Positions 51,837-63,132 of a stretch of 64,000 bases of DNA are shown one piece after another. Position 1 is the first letter of the stretch. The number at the start of each line of letters is the position of its first letter. Source of the DNA: Gemmatimonadales bacterium (lineage in GTDB: Bacteria; Gemmatimonadota; Gemmatimonadetes; Gemmatimonadales; GWC2-71-9); NCBI GenBank assembly GCA_035693225.1, contig DASSGV010000009.1, positions 16,527 to 80,526 on the forward strand, written 5' to 3'. The notes below the pieces were generated by a model that worked only from the letters and a program-made list of their open reading frames with translations, made no database searches and was not told the origin of the DNA. The position numbers and the translations under genes are program-made.

Positions 51837-51988
51837 GTCATCCTGAGGGGGCTTCAGCTCCCGAAGGATCTCCGCTCCGTCGGCCCGCGATCCGATCAGC
51901 CGGTCCGCGACCGGATCGCCCGATCCGCATTGGATCGCGATAGTACAGGCCGGAGATCCTTCGCGGCCTGAAGGCCGCTCAGGATGAC
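51837..51988. repeat. 152-bp element bounded by 38-nt imperfect terminal inverted repeats (MITE-like / large hairpin; probable bidirectional terminator)
   Basis: Left arm 51837-51874: gtcatcctgagggggcttcagctcccgaaggatctccg. Reverse complement of right arm 51951-51988: gtcatcctgagcggccttcaggccgcgaaggatctccg. 31/38 identical by my count. The right arm supplies the last codons and the stop of mazG (...EASS*). Confidence 0.85.
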
Positions 51989-52830
51989 GCCTCGCGGGCC
52001 TTCACCTCATCCCACAGCTCGTCCAGCTTTGCCAGTCCCGCGGTGGCCACGTCGACCTTCCGTTCTGCGGCCAGCCGCTCGACCTGTTCGAACCTTCGCC
52101 GGAACTTTCGATTGGCGCGGTCGAGCGCCACCGTCGGCTGGACCCGTGCTTTCCGCGCGAGATTGACGACGGCAAAGAGGAGGTCGCCGATCTCCTCGAC
52201 CAGCGGGTCGGTGGCGTCTCGTTCTATCCCGCTATCCGCCACACCGGATCCGCGTTCCCCTCCTCCCCTCATCTCCTCTTCTCCTCGCCTCATCTCCTCC
52301 TCTCCTCCCCTCCTCATCTCTTTGATCTCCGCCTCCACCTCCGCCAGCTCCTCCCGCACCTTCTCCGCCGGTCCCGCGGTGTCGGGCCAGTCGAACCCGA
52401 CGCTCGCCGCCTTCTGCTGGAGCCGATATGCACTCTGGAGCGAAGGGAGCGTCGGCGGCAGGCCATCGAGGAGCGCGCGCGGCGTCTCGCGGCGCTTCAA
52501 GGTCTCCCATGACTCCTTCGGGCCCAGGTCGAAGAGATGCGGGTGACGCCGCTGCATCTTGTGCACGGTGCGATCGGCCACCTCGTCGGCGGTGAACTCA
52601 CCCCGCTCCTCGCCCAGCACCAGCTGCCAGGCGAGGTGGAGCATCAGATCTCCCGTCTCATCCCGGATCGCGTCGGTGTCCCCATTCCCCAGCGCGTCGT
52701 CGAGTTCAAGGGCCTCTTCGACCAGGTAGGGACGCAGCGTGGCCCGGGTCTGGACCCGGTCCCAAGGGCAGCGCACCCGCAGGTCGCGAACGATCGCCTG
52801 GACGCGTCCAAGCGCTGAATTCTCTTGCAT
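51979..52830 (-). CDS. mazG: Nucleoside triphosphate pyrophosphohydrolase MazG (tandem MazG domains)
   Basis: 283 aa. RCPWDRVQT, EEALELDDA, ETGDLMLHLAW (EExxE/D metal motif) in domain 1. EEIGDLLFAVVNLAR in domain 2. A roughly 22-aa EEMRRG repeat insert lies in the interdomain linker. Confidence 0.92.
   Translation of the reverse strand: MQENSALGRVQAIVRDLRVRCPWDRVQTRATLRPYLVEEALELDDALGNGDTDAIRDETGDLMLHLAWQLVLGEERGEFTADEVADRTVHKMQRRHPHLFDLGPKESWETLKRRETPRALLDGLPPTLPSLQSAYRLQQKAASVGFDWPDTAGPAEKVREELAEVEAEIKEMRRGGEEEMRRGEEEMRGGGERGSGVADSGIERDATDPLVEEIGDLLFAVVNLARKARVQPTVALDRANRKFRRRFEQVERLAAERKVDVATAGLAKLDELWDEVKAREASS
52255..52320 (-). repeat. In-frame 21/21/24-nt purine-rich tandem repeat inside mazG (encodes EMRRGGEE-EMRRGEE-EMRGGGE)
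   Basis: + strand units: ttcccctcctcccctcatctc / ctcttctcctcgcctcatctc / ctcctctcctcccctcctcatctc. Each ends in CATCTC (GAGATG on the coding strand). Confidence 0.85.
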
Positions 52831-52866
52831 TTAGCCTCCGGCGTCGGTTATCATACCGCCCGAATC

Positions 52867-53946
52867 GTGACTACGTCAATCGCCTCCGTGCCCGAGCGCG
52901 TCTGGGTCGATGTCGACCGGTCGGCGCTGATCGCCAACGCGCGCACGCTCGCGGCCTCGGCCCGGGTGCCGCTCCTTCCGATGATCAAGGCCGACGCCTA
53001 TGGGCTCGGCGCCATCGCCGTGGCACGGGCGCTCGACCCGGTCGATCCGTGGGGCTTCGGCGTCGCGGCCCTCGACGAAGCGGCGGCCCTGCGCGCCGCC
53101 GGCATCACCCGACCCATCATCGTCTTCACCCCGATTGCGCCCGACCAGGTGGCCCGCTACCGGTCGCTCGAACTCCGTCCGCTGGTCTGCGACATTCCGG
53201 GGCTCGACGCCTGGCTCCAGGCGGGATCGGGTCCCTTCCATGTTGGCGTGGACACGGGGATGGGGCGGGTCGGATTCCCCTGGCGCGATGGTGCACTTGT
53301 CTCCGCCGTGGCAGACCGGTTGCACGGCGCGCCCGGCTGGGAAGGGATCGCGACCCATTTCCACTCCGCCGATGTGGACGTCGAGGCCACTGCCCTCCAA
53401 TGGGGCCGGTTCCAGGAATTCCTGCGGGCGATGCCGCGGCGGCCGACGATGGTCCACGCCGCCAATAGTGCGGCGGCGCTGCGAGGTACCGCTTACGCGG
53501 GCGACCTGGTCCGACCCGGCATCTTCATCTATGGCGGGGGCGTGGGAGAGTGGGCTCCGGCTCCGCGTCCGGTCGCCGCGTTACGCTGCCGGGTGGTCGC
53601 GGTGCGGGAACTCGGCGCCGGTGAGTCGGTGAGCTACGGGGCCACGTGGCGCGCGTCGAGACCGACGACGATCGCGACGCTGGCGGTCGGCTACGGCGAT
53701 GGCCTGCTCCGCAGTGGATCTGGTCGTGCCCGCGTAGAACTCAACGGCGTGGTGGTGCCGGTGGTGGGGAGGATCACGATGGACCTGACGATGGTGGCGG
53801 TGGCGCCCGGCGGGGCCCGGCTCGGGGATATGGCGACGGTGTTCGGGGGAATGGTCACGCTGGCCGAACACGCCGAGGCATTGGGGACCATCAGCTATGA
53901 GGTGCTGACGGCGCTGAGCCCGCGGGTCCTGCGGAGGTACGTCTGA
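52867..53946 (+). CDS. alr: Alanine racemase
   Basis: PLP-Lys motif LLPMIKADAYGLG. C-terminal GYGDG, GRITMD. Start placed at GTG 52867. The ORF-track start (TTG 52825) would overlap the divergent mazG start codon, so the start is uncertain. Confidence 0.9.
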   Translation: MTTSIASVPERVWVDVDRSALIANARTLAASARVPLLPMIKADAYGLGAIAVARALDPVDPWGFGVAALDEAAALRAAGITRPIIVFTPIAPDQVARYRSLELRPLVCDIPGLDAWLQAGSGPFHVGVDTGMGRVGFPWRDGALVSAVADRLHGAPGWEGIATHFHSADVDVEATALQWGRFQEFLRAMPRRPTMVHAANSAAALRGTAYAGDLVRPGIFIYGGGVGEWAPAPRPVAALRCRVVAVRELGAGESVSYGATWRASRPTTIATLAVGYGDGLLRSGSGRARVELNGVVVPVVGRITMDLTMVAVAPGGARLGDMATVFGGMVTLAEHAEALGTISYEVLTALSPRVLRRYV

Positions 53947-54191
53947 TGGATCAGCATTTCGCATCGCTGGTGGTGGGGCTCGCCACCCAGGCGGGGCAGG
54001 CGCTGGATGGCACCCTCGCCGGGCTGCCCGATGGCGCGTCGCCGCGCGATGCCGCCCGTGCGCTCATCGACACCCTGGCGATGCTCGAGACCAAGACCGC
54101 CGGGCGGCTGGACGACCAGGAGCGCCAGCTCCTGTCCCAGGCGCTCACGGCACTCCGGTTCCGGTTCGTACAGACCGACGTGAAGCAATGA
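53946..54191 (+). CDS. DUF1844-family small protein
   Basis: 81 aa. FASLVVGLATQAGQAL...ARALIDTLAMLETKTAGRLDDQERQLLSQALTALRFRFV matches my recollection of the DUF1844 consensus. Overlaps both the alr stop and the deoB start. Confidence 0.65.
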   Translation: MDQHFASLVVGLATQAGQALDGTLAGLPDGASPRDAARALIDTLAMLETKTAGRLDDQERQLLSQALTALRFRFVQTDVKQ

Positions 54192-55354
54192 GCCGTCGCG
54201 CCGCCATCATCGTGCTGGATGGCCTGGGAGCGGGGCCGGCGCACGACACCGACCGCTATGGCGATGCCGGCAGCGACACGCTGGGCAACACCCTCCGTGC
54301 GGTGGGCGGCGTCTCCCTGCCGAACCTGGCGGCATTCGGCTTCGGGAACCTGGCGTCGCTGGCAGGAGTCCCCGCCGCCGCCGCCCCCCAGGCGGCGTAC
54401 GGACGGGCGCAGCCGATGAGCGCGGGGAAGGACAGCACCACCGGGCACTGGGAGCTCTGCGGCGTGATCCTCGACACGCCGTTCCCCACCTTCCCGCACG
54501 GGTTCCCGGAGCAGGTCATCGCGGAATTTTCCCGTCGCACCGGACGCGGCGTCATCGGCAACGTGGCGGGCTCCGGCACCGCCCTCCTCGACCGCTACGC
54601 GGAAGAGCACCTGCGGACCGGCGCCTGGATCGTGTACACCTCGGCGGACAGCGTCTTCCAGGTGGCGGCGCACGAGGAGAAGGTGCCGCTGGCCGAGCTG
54701 TATGCGGCGTGCGGGATCGCGCGGGAGATGCTCACTGGTGCCGCTGGCGTGTCGCGGGTCATCGCCCGGCCGTTCGTCGGCGGGCCGGGGGCGTGGAAGC
54801 GCACGCCCAGGCGCAAGGACCTGAGCGTCCCGCCGCCGGAGCCGACGCTGCTCGACCATCTGGCGGACGCCGGCGTGCCGCGGGTCGGGGTGGGGAAGGT
54901 CGACGACCTGTTCGCCGGTCGGAACATCGCGAGCGTGCACACGCCGACCAACGCCGACGCGTACCGCCTCATCATCGACGCGCTTGCCACGATGCCGTCA
55001 GGATTCCTCTTCGTCAACGTGATCGAGTTCGACCAGAGCTGGGGGCATCGCAACGACGTGCCGGGCTTCGTGGGCGGGCTCCGCGAGCTCGACGCCGCCC
55101 TCCCGGCGATCCTCACGCACGTGCGGGAGGACGACCTCATTATCTTTACCGCCGATCACGGGAACGACCCCACCACCGCGTCGACCGATCATGCCCGCGA
55201 GATGGTGCCGGTGCTGGCGTACGGCCCGCGGGTGCGGCCGGTGGCGCTGGGTGAACGGGCGACCTTCGCCGACCTGGGCCAGACGGTGGCGGAGTTCCTT
55301 GGGGCCCGGCCGCTCCGGGTGGGGACCTCCTTCCTGCGAGAGGTGTGGCGATGA
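54188..55354 (+). CDS. deoB: Phosphopentomutase
   Basis: 388 aa. IVLDGLGAG, metal-binding DSTTGHWE, NVIEFDQSWGHRND, TADHGNDPT. Confidence 0.93.
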   Translation: MSRRAAIIVLDGLGAGPAHDTDRYGDAGSDTLGNTLRAVGGVSLPNLAAFGFGNLASLAGVPAAAAPQAAYGRAQPMSAGKDSTTGHWELCGVILDTPFPTFPHGFPEQVIAEFSRRTGRGVIGNVAGSGTALLDRYAEEHLRTGAWIVYTSADSVFQVAAHEEKVPLAELYAACGIAREMLTGAAGVSRVIARPFVGGPGAWKRTPRRKDLSVPPPEPTLLDHLADAGVPRVGVGKVDDLFAGRNIASVHTPTNADAYRLIIDALATMPSGFLFVNVIEFDQSWGHRNDVPGFVGGLRELDAALPAILTHVREDDLIIFTADHGNDPTTASTDHAREMVPVLAYGPRVRPVALGERATFADLGQTVAEFLGARPLRVGTSFLREVWR

Positions 55355-55743
55355 GCGAAGACGGCGTGCTCGCCGCCGCGCGCGGTGCCCAGGCCCGCGC
55401 CTATGCGCCCTACTCTCGATATCGGGTCGGGGCCGCGATCGAGGCGGAGGACGGACGGGTCTTTGTCGGCTGCAACGTGGAGAACGCCTCCTACGGGCTC
55501 ACGATCTGTGCTGAACGTGGTGCGGTGATGGCCGGGGTGGCTGCCGGAGCGGCCCGTTTCCGTCGGATCGTGGTGGTGACCGATTCGGAGCCGCCGGCGG
55601 CGCCGTGCGGTGCGTGCCGGCAGTTCCTCGCCGAGTTCGGGCCGGACCTCGAGGTCGAGGGGGTGGGTCCGCGGAGCACGCGGCGGTGGCGGCTGTCCGA
55701 GCTGCTGCCCGCGTCATTTGACAAAGGTTTCCTCGAACGATGA
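55345..55743 (+). CDS. cdd: Cytidine deaminase (homotetrameric type)
   Basis: 132 aa. APYSRYRVGAA, CAERGAV (Zn/H-C-A-E-type motif), PCGACRQFLAEF. Confidence 0.92.
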   Translation: MAMSEDGVLAAARGAQARAYAPYSRYRVGAAIEAEDGRVFVGCNVENASYGLTICAERGAVMAGVAAGAARFRRIVVVTDSEPPAAPCGACRQFLAEFGPDLEVEGVGPRSTRRWRLSELLPASFDKGFLER

Positions 55744-56984
55744 CACGAATGGCGCGGCGGTCGATGCGGACGTGGTCCGGCTGGGGGCTCGCCATCCTGG
55801 CCCTTGGCGGGCTCGGTATGATCTCGTGCCAGGAGCAGCTGACCGCCCCGGCCCAGTGCCCCCAGGCGTGCCCGGGCGGGCGCCCGGTCATTCGTGACAC
55901 CGTGCTGACCGCGCTGATCGGCGGCGACTCGGCGTACTCCGGCTACGTCATCTCGGGATCGAGCCTGGGCGGCCTCCTGGTGTCGGACAGCCTGGGCGGG
56001 TTGGATGACCGGGCTTTCCTGCGGATGCTGCCACGCCCCGATTCCATCTATGTGGACAGCGCCCTTGGCTACCGCATGTTCACCGTCGATTCGGTGGCGC
56101 TCTCCGTCACGGTGATGGCGCACGACACCGCCGTCCACGGCCTCTTCCTCTATCTCTACCGCCTCCCCGCCGCCACCGACTCCGGCCAGACCTTTGCGGC
56201 GATCGACACGCTCCTGACCCCGGGGAACCTCGTCGACAGCGTCGCGGTCGCGGACACGCTGGTGTCGCAGACGCTCCGGCTCGTGTACTTCGATTCAACG
56301 CTCGCCAAGGTGGCCATCCCGCCGGCCGACAGCGGCAAGCTGGCGCTCGGATTCCGGGTCCGGGCCTCGGCGCACACCGGCGCCCGGCTCGGCGGCATCG
56401 GCAGCGGGTCGGCGATCCCGGTGCTCACCACGTACGTCACCGTGGCCGGGGACACCGATACCACCACGATGCACCAGCCGATCGTCCGGGCGCCGGAATA
56501 CACCAAGTTCGTGGAGCGCTCGACCTTCACGCCCGATCCCAACCTGCTGGTGGTGGGCGGGCAGGACGGCTCCCGGGCGCTGGTGCGCTTCCCGTTCCCC
56601 GCCTACCTGACGGACTCCGTCGTCCTCGTGCGGGCGACGCTGCAGCTGACGCCCAACGACACCATCGGCGGACTGCGCGGTGATTCGACCGCGGTGGTCG
56701 CCAAGGGCATCCTCGCCGATTTCGGCGCCAAATCGCCGCGGTTCTCGCTCTCCAGCTCCACCACCCTGGTCCCCGGGTCCATCGACACGATCGGCATCGA
56801 AGTGGTGAACCAGGTCAAGGTGTGGCAGACCGCCAATCCGGCGGTCCCGTACGCCTTCATGGTCAATCTCAACCCTGAAGGCGCGAGCTTTTCCGAACCG
56901 CGCTTCCGGTCGACCCGTTCTGCGGGCGGCGCGCCGACGCTCCGCATCACCTATCAGGTCCCCTTCAATTTCCAGAGACCCTGA
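55740..56984 (+). CDS. Hypothetical lipoprotein (414 aa)
   Basis: Signal + lipobox-like LALGGLGMISC. Beta-rich composition. No recognisable family. The stop abuts the next gene's start (56984/56985). Confidence 0.6.
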   Translation: MTRMARRSMRTWSGWGLAILALGGLGMISCQEQLTAPAQCPQACPGGRPVIRDTVLTALIGGDSAYSGYVISGSSLGGLLVSDSLGGLDDRAFLRMLPRPDSIYVDSALGYRMFTVDSVALSVTVMAHDTAVHGLFLYLYRLPAATDSGQTFAAIDTLLTPGNLVDSVAVADTLVSQTLRLVYFDSTLAKVAIPPADSGKLALGFRVRASAHTGARLGGIGSGSAIPVLTTYVTVAGDTDTTTMHQPIVRAPEYTKFVERSTFTPDPNLLVVGGQDGSRALVRFPFPAYLTDSVVLVRATLQLTPNDTIGGLRGDSTAVVAKGILADFGAKSPRFSLSSSTTLVPGSIDTIGIEVVNQVKVWQTANPAVPYAFMVNLNPEGASFSEPRFRSTRSAGGAPTLRITYQVPFNFQRP

Positions 56985-58157
56985 GTGCGTCGCCTCCTCC
57001 TGACCGGCGCGCTCGTCCTCGGCGCCACGCCGCTCCTGGCCCAGGCCTCGACCTTCGGCATTCGGGGGCTCGGGTTCCCCAACCAGCCCTATTCCGCCCA
57101 CGCCCGCGGACTGGGCGGGAGCTCGTCGCTGTTCGACGCCGAATCAGGGATGAACCCTGCCACCCTCGGCACGCTCCACACGCTGACCGCCGGCATCACC
57201 ACGCTCCCCAGCTGGACCGCGGTCGAATCACCGGCCGGGACCGGCTCGGTGCGTGGCATGCGCTTTCCGCTGATCGCGGCCGGCGGCCCGATCCCCGGAT
57301 CGCGCTTTGCCATCGGCATCTCGGCGTCGTCCTACACCATCCGGGACTTCTCCCAGGCGTTCGTCGACACCCTCACGGTGCGGGGGGCCTCGGAAGAAGT
57401 GCACGACACCCTCTCGGGGCGGGGCGGCATCAGCGACCTGCGCCTCGCCGTGGCCTGGCGGGCGACGCCGACGCTCGATCTTGGCGGATCCATCCACGCG
57501 CTCACCGGCACCGACCGGGCGGCGCTCGTGCGGCACTTCACCGACACCGTGAGCTACGCGACCGCATCCGAATCGACCGAGCTCTCCTACGCCGGGTTCG
57601 GCATCGACCTCGGCGCGAGGGCCCGGCTCGGTCCGACGCTGGATCTCGCGGTCATCGCGCGATCCGACGGCAACGTGACGGTGCAACGCGATTCGCTGAA
57701 CGACAAGTATCCGGTCGACCTTCCCTACACCTTCGGAGCGGGGCTGCGGTACCGTCCCACGGCCACGCTCACCGTCACCGGGCAGGGGATCTTCAAGACC
57801 TGGTCGGGTGCCAACAGCGACCTGCTGCTCCAGGGCGGCACCGGCAGCCGGAACGTGTGGGACCTCTCCGCCGGCGCCGAGCTGATCCGCGATCCGTCCC
57901 GGCCCTTCGACCTGCCGTTGCGGGTCGGGGCACGGTATGCCGACCTGCCATTCCCGTTCACCGCCGGCGATGCGCCGAAGGAGTGGGCCCTCTCCGTCGG
58001 GACCGGCAAGCTCTTCGCCAAGGGGATGGGCGGATTCGACGCCGCCCTTGAGCGGGTCTGGCGCAGCGAGGCGGGCGGTTTCAGCGAACGGGCCTGGCTC
58101 CTCACCATCAGCGTCACGGTGCGGCCGTACTTCCAGCCGACGCCGGGTGGCCGCTGA
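56985..58157 (+). CDS. Putative outer-membrane beta-barrel protein (FadL/PorV-like N-terminal motif)
   Basis: 390 aa, GTG start. Signal peptide LVLGATPLLAQA. ARGLGGSSSLFDAESGMNPATLG resembles the N-terminal plug/hatch motif of FadL/OMPP1-like barrels. Alternating-hydrophobicity strands throughout. Confidence 0.6.
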   Translation: MRRLLLTGALVLGATPLLAQASTFGIRGLGFPNQPYSAHARGLGGSSSLFDAESGMNPATLGTLHTLTAGITTLPSWTAVESPAGTGSVRGMRFPLIAAGGPIPGSRFAIGISASSYTIRDFSQAFVDTLTVRGASEEVHDTLSGRGGISDLRLAVAWRATPTLDLGGSIHALTGTDRAALVRHFTDTVSYATASESTELSYAGFGIDLGARARLGPTLDLAVIARSDGNVTVQRDSLNDKYPVDLPYTFGAGLRYRPTATLTVTGQGIFKTWSGANSDLLLQGGTGSRNVWDLSAGAELIRDPSRPFDLPLRVGARYADLPFPFTAGDAPKEWALSVGTGKLFAKGMGGFDAALERVWRSEAGGFSERAWLLTISVTVRPYFQPTPGGR

Positions 58158-58195
58158 CCCACGCTCCTCCGGTCATTCCGCTAGCTTACGAGCCG

Positions 58196-59511
<1,316 letters not shown>

Positions 59512-59515
<4 letters not shown>

Positions 59516-59796
59516 TCAGGAACATGGTCGAAGAGCACGTGACCCAGGGCTACGACGCGTTGCGCGGATCGGTCCCCGGCTTCTGCGGCTGCCCCCTCTG
59601 CCGGAGCGACGTGCTGGTCTACGCCCTGAATCGGCTGCCGGCACGGTATGTCGCGACCACCGAGGGCGCGGTGCTGAGCGAGATCTCCCTCGACAAGGAC
59701 CAGAGCCGGACGGTCATCGACGTGGTGTTGCTCGAGGCATTCCGGAAGGTGGGGATGGCCCCGCGCTGCGGAGCGAAGCCGATGCCCACGCCGTAG
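59512..59796 (+). CDS. ComFB-family (late competence development) protein
   Basis: 94 aa. NMVEEHV...FCGCPLCRSDVLVYALNRLPARYV matches the ComFB signature as I recall it (C-x-C-x2-C, ALN.LPP.Y). GTGA overlap with the miaB stop; an alternative ATG is at 59524. Confidence 0.7.
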
Positions 59797-59815
59797 GCGG
59801 CCGGGGGCGCGCCCG

Positions 59816-62089
59816 ATGAGGGCGACGCCTGCCGTGGTGCTGGCGCTCGGCTATGGGGCCGGTCTCGCGACCGGCCTCCTGCGTTTGGGGGATCCGGTGA
59901 GCGCACTCCTGCTCCTGGGCGTGCTTGCCGCGGCGACGCGCGCCAACTCCCCGATGGTATGCTTGGCTCTCCTGGCGGCGGGGGCGGGCCGGGTCGCCGC
60001 CTGGAGCGCGTGGCAGGTCGAGCCCGGCCGGTGCGCCGCGGGGCTGCGGGCCGGACCGGTGCGAGTCTCCGGCGTGCCGCGCGATCCGGCCGGGGAGCTT
60101 GCGCCGGTGCGCTTCCAGGTCATCGGCGATTGCGGGGGGGATATCCTCGTGCGGTGGCCCTCCGGCGCCGCACCGTCGGTCGGGACCCGCGTCCAGGTCG
60201 AGGGCCGGTGGATTCCACGGCTTGACGGCCCGGCGCACCGTCCCGGCGGCGCACTGATCGCCCGGAGCTTTGTCGCCGAGCCCGGGCCGGTGCCGCGGAC
60301 CACGGCGTGGCGGGGCCGGCTCTTTGCCACCACGGCCGAACTCTATGGCACCCGGGCACCGCTGGTCGACGCGCTGCTGTTCGATCGACGCGGCGCGGTC
60401 GATCGGACGGTGCGGACGGCGTACGCCGAGGCCGGCCTGGTGCATCTGCTCTCGATCTCGGGGTTCCACGTCGGCCTGATCGTGGCGTGGATCTTCCTCG
60501 CGGCCCGCGGTGCCGGCCTTGGCCGCTCCCGCGCGTGGATCGTCGCGACCCTTGCGGCGCTGGCCTACGTTGCCTGGTTGGGATGGCCCCCGCCCGCCAC
60601 CCGCGCGGCAGCGCTGGCCCTGGTCACCTGCCTGGCCCGGCTCCGCCAGCGGGCGCCAGCCTGGGGAAGCCTGCTGGCCGTCACCGGGCTCGGCGTGCTG
60701 GTCGTCGATCCCTGGGCCATCTTCGAGATCGGCGCGTGGTTGTCAGTGGGCTCGCTCTGGGGGGCGACCCACTTTGCGCGCTGGAGCGACGCCGCCCTGG
60801 GGCCACGCGCGCTCTGGCGGGACCTGGCCGGCTCGGTCGGTGCCACCGTCGCCACCGCTCCGGTCACGGCGGGCGCGCTCGGCACCGTGGCACTGGCGGG
60901 CATCGGGCTCAACTTCGTCGGGATCCCGTTGGCGGCGCTGGCGGTCCCCGGTGCGCTGGCGAGCGTGCTGGTGGCGCCCTTGTCGTCGGTGCTGGCCCGT
61001 GCGTTCGCGGCAGGGGCGGGGATGGCGCTGGAACTCCTGGACCGGCTGGCGCACTGGGGTGCCCGGATCCCGTTCGGTCACCTCACCACGGCCACCGGTG
61101 CCGCGAGCGCCATTCCGTGGGTGCTGGTGCTCATCGCGCTCTTGTGGGTGACGGGGCGCCGCAACCGGCGCGGCGTGGCGATGACGCGGGCGAGCGTGCT
61201 CGCCGCCGCGGCGCTCTGGATCGCGCTGGTCGCCCGCGCCGGCGCCGCGTGGTCGAATGGCCCGACCTCCGACCTCCGGTTAGATTTTCTCGATGTCGGC
61301 CAGGGCGACGCGACGGTCATCCGGACCCCGCACGGGCACGCGATCCTGGTCGACGCCGGCCCCCGGTTCGGCGGACGCGATGCCGGTCGCAGCGTGGTGG
61401 CGCCGTTCCTGGTCCGCGGCGGTATCGACCGGCTCGATGCGGTGATCCTCTCGCACGCGCACCTCGATCATTTCGGCGGCATCCCCGCCGTGCTCGATCG
61501 GGTCCCCTCGGCTCTGCTGCTGGAACCTGGTGAGGTGGTCCCTGATCCCGCCTACCTCGGGATGCTCGATGCGGCGGCGGAGGACGGGGCGGGGTGGGCC
61601 TCGCTGCGGGTGGGAGACACGCTGCGGGTCGATGGTGTCGAGTTCGTGGTCCTCCATCCCGACACCGCATGGGCGGAGTGGGGCCTCGACCTCAACGAGG
61701 ATTCCGCGGTGCTTCTGGTGCGGTGGGGACGGTTCCGCGCCCTTCTGTCCGGCGACGCCGGGATCGCCGCCGAGGACAGGATGCGGGGACACGCCGGGCA
61801 CGTGGACCTGCTCAAGGTCGGACATCACGGGAGTCGGGGTGCGTCGGGCGCCGCCTGGCTCAAGGAACTCGCGCCGGAGGTGGCGGTGGTGAGTGTCGGG
61901 GCGGGGAACCGCTATGGGCACCCGACGCCGGAGGCGCTCCAGCGGCTGCGGAACGCCGGTGCATCGGTCTGGCGCACTGACCGCGATGGCGCCGTGGCAG
62001 TGGCCGTCGACAGCGTGATGATGGAAGTGCGAGGCGCGGGACGTCGGGAGCGATACCCGCTTCCGGCGGCGGCACCCGAAGGACCCTGA
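59816..62089 (+). CDS. comEC: DNA internalization competence protein ComEC/Rec2 (competence + metallo-beta-lactamase domains)
   Basis: 757 aa. Polytopic. [14 protein letters not shown] competence-domain motif. C-terminal MBL: [27 protein letters not shown]. Confidence 0.92.
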   Translation: MRATPAVVLALGYGAGLATGLLRLGDPVSALLLLGVLAAATRANSPMVCLALLAAGAGRVAAWSAWQVEPGRCAAGLRAGPVRVSGVPRDPAGELAPVRFQVIGDCGGDILVRWPSGAAPSVGTRVQVEGRWIPRLDGPAHRPGGALIARSFVAEPGPVPRTTAWRGRLFATTAELYGTRAPLVDALLFDRRGAVDRTVRTAYAEAGLVHLLSISGFHVGLIVAWIFLAARGAGLGRSRAWIVATLAALAYVAWLGWPPPATRAAALALVTCLARLRQRAPAWGSLLAVTGLGVLVVDPWAIFEIGAWLSVGSLWGATHFARWSDAALGPRALWRDLAGSVGATVATAPVTAGALGTVALAGIGLNFVGIPLAALAVPGALASVLVAPLSSVLARAFAAGAGMALELLDRLAHWGARIPFGHLTTATGAASAIPWVLVLIALLWVTGRRNRRGVAMTRASVLAAAALWIALVARAGAAWSNGPTSDLRLDFLDVGQGDATVIRTPHGHAILVDAGPRFGGRDAGRSVVAPFLVRGGIDRLDAVILSHAHLDHFGGIPAVLDRVPSALLLEPGEVVPDPAYLGMLDAAAEDGAGWASLRVGDTLRVDGVEFVVLHPDTAWAEWGLDLNEDSAVLLVRWGRFRALLSGDAGIAAEDRMRGHAGHVDLLKVGHHGSRGASGAAWLKELAPEVAVVSVGAGNRYGHPTPEALQRLRNAGASVWRTDRDGAVAVAVDSVMMEVRGAGRRERYPLPAAAPEGP

Positions 62090-62118
62090 CCGTTCACCGT
62101 CCACCCAGCGGAGCCCGT

Positions 62119-63132
62119 GTGCAGAGCCGCACCTCGGTCACCACCATCGAGCGGTTCATCGTCGACCAGGAGCAGCGCTTCCCCGACGCCACCGGGGAGC
62201 TCTCCAACCTGCTCTACGATATCGCGCTCGCGGCCAAGATCATCTCGGCCAACATCCGGCGGGCGGGGCTGGTCAACATCCTCGGGGCCACCGGCGTCAC
62301 CAACGTCCAGGGGGAAGAGCAACAGCAGCTCGACGCGTTCGCCAACGAGACCCTCAAGAACGCGCTCAACCACACCGGCCGCGTCTGCGTGATGGCGTCG
62401 GAGGAGGACGACGGTCCCATTCCGATCCCCGCAGAATACAAGGCCGGGAAATACGTGGTCCTCTTCGATCCGCTCGATGGCTCCTCCAACATCGACGTCA
62501 ACGCCGCGGTGGGGACCATCTTCAGCATCTACCGACGGGTCACCACGACCGGCGGCGGGGCGCTGGAGGACCTGCTGCAGCCGGGGCGGAAGCTCGTGGC
62601 GGCGGGGTACGTGATGTACGGGTCCAGTACGATGCTCATCTATTCCACCGGCATCGGTGTCCACGGATTCACTCTCGATCCGTCGATCGGTGAATTCCTG
62701 CTCTCCCGGGAACAGATCACCATCCCGCGCAGCGGCAGGTACTACAGCGTCAACGAGAGCAACTTCGCGCGGTGGGACCGACGGACCCAGAAGTCGGTCC
62801 GCGGCTTCCACGGCGACTTTCCCGACCGGATCGGCGGGAAGAACAGCCGGTACATCGGCTCGCTGGTGGCGGACTTCCATCGCAACCTGATGGCCGGCGG
62901 CATCTTCATGTACCCGGCCGACACGAAGAACCCGCAGGGGAAGCTCCGGCTCCTCTACGAGGCCTCGCCGATGGCGTTCATCGCCGAGCAGGCCGGGGGT
63001 GCGGGCACCGACGGAAGCTTTCCGATCCTCGACATCGTGCCCCATTCGCTCCACCAGCGCACGCCGCTCGTCATCGGCTCCCGTGACGACGTCGATTGGG
63101 TCCGCCAGGTGATGTCGGAGCCGATGCCGTGA
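62119..63132 (+). CDS. fbp: Fructose-1,6-bisphosphatase class 1
   Basis: 337 aa. [51 protein letters not shown] start. Confidence 0.94.
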   Translation: MQSRTSVTTIERFIVDQEQRFPDATGELSNLLYDIALAAKIISANIRRAGLVNILGATGVTNVQGEEQQQLDAFANETLKNALNHTGRVCVMASEEDDGPIPIPAEYKAGKYVVLFDPLDGSSNIDVNAAVGTIFSIYRRVTTTGGGALEDLLQPGRKLVAAGYVMYGSSTMLIYSTGIGVHGFTLDPSIGEFLLSREQITIPRSGRYYSVNESNFARWDRRTQKSVRGFHGDFPDRIGGKNSRYIGSLVADFHRNLMAGGIFMYPADTKNPQGKLRLLYEASPMAFIAEQAGGAGTDGSFPILDIVPHSLHQRTPLVIGSRDDVDWVRQVMSEPMP

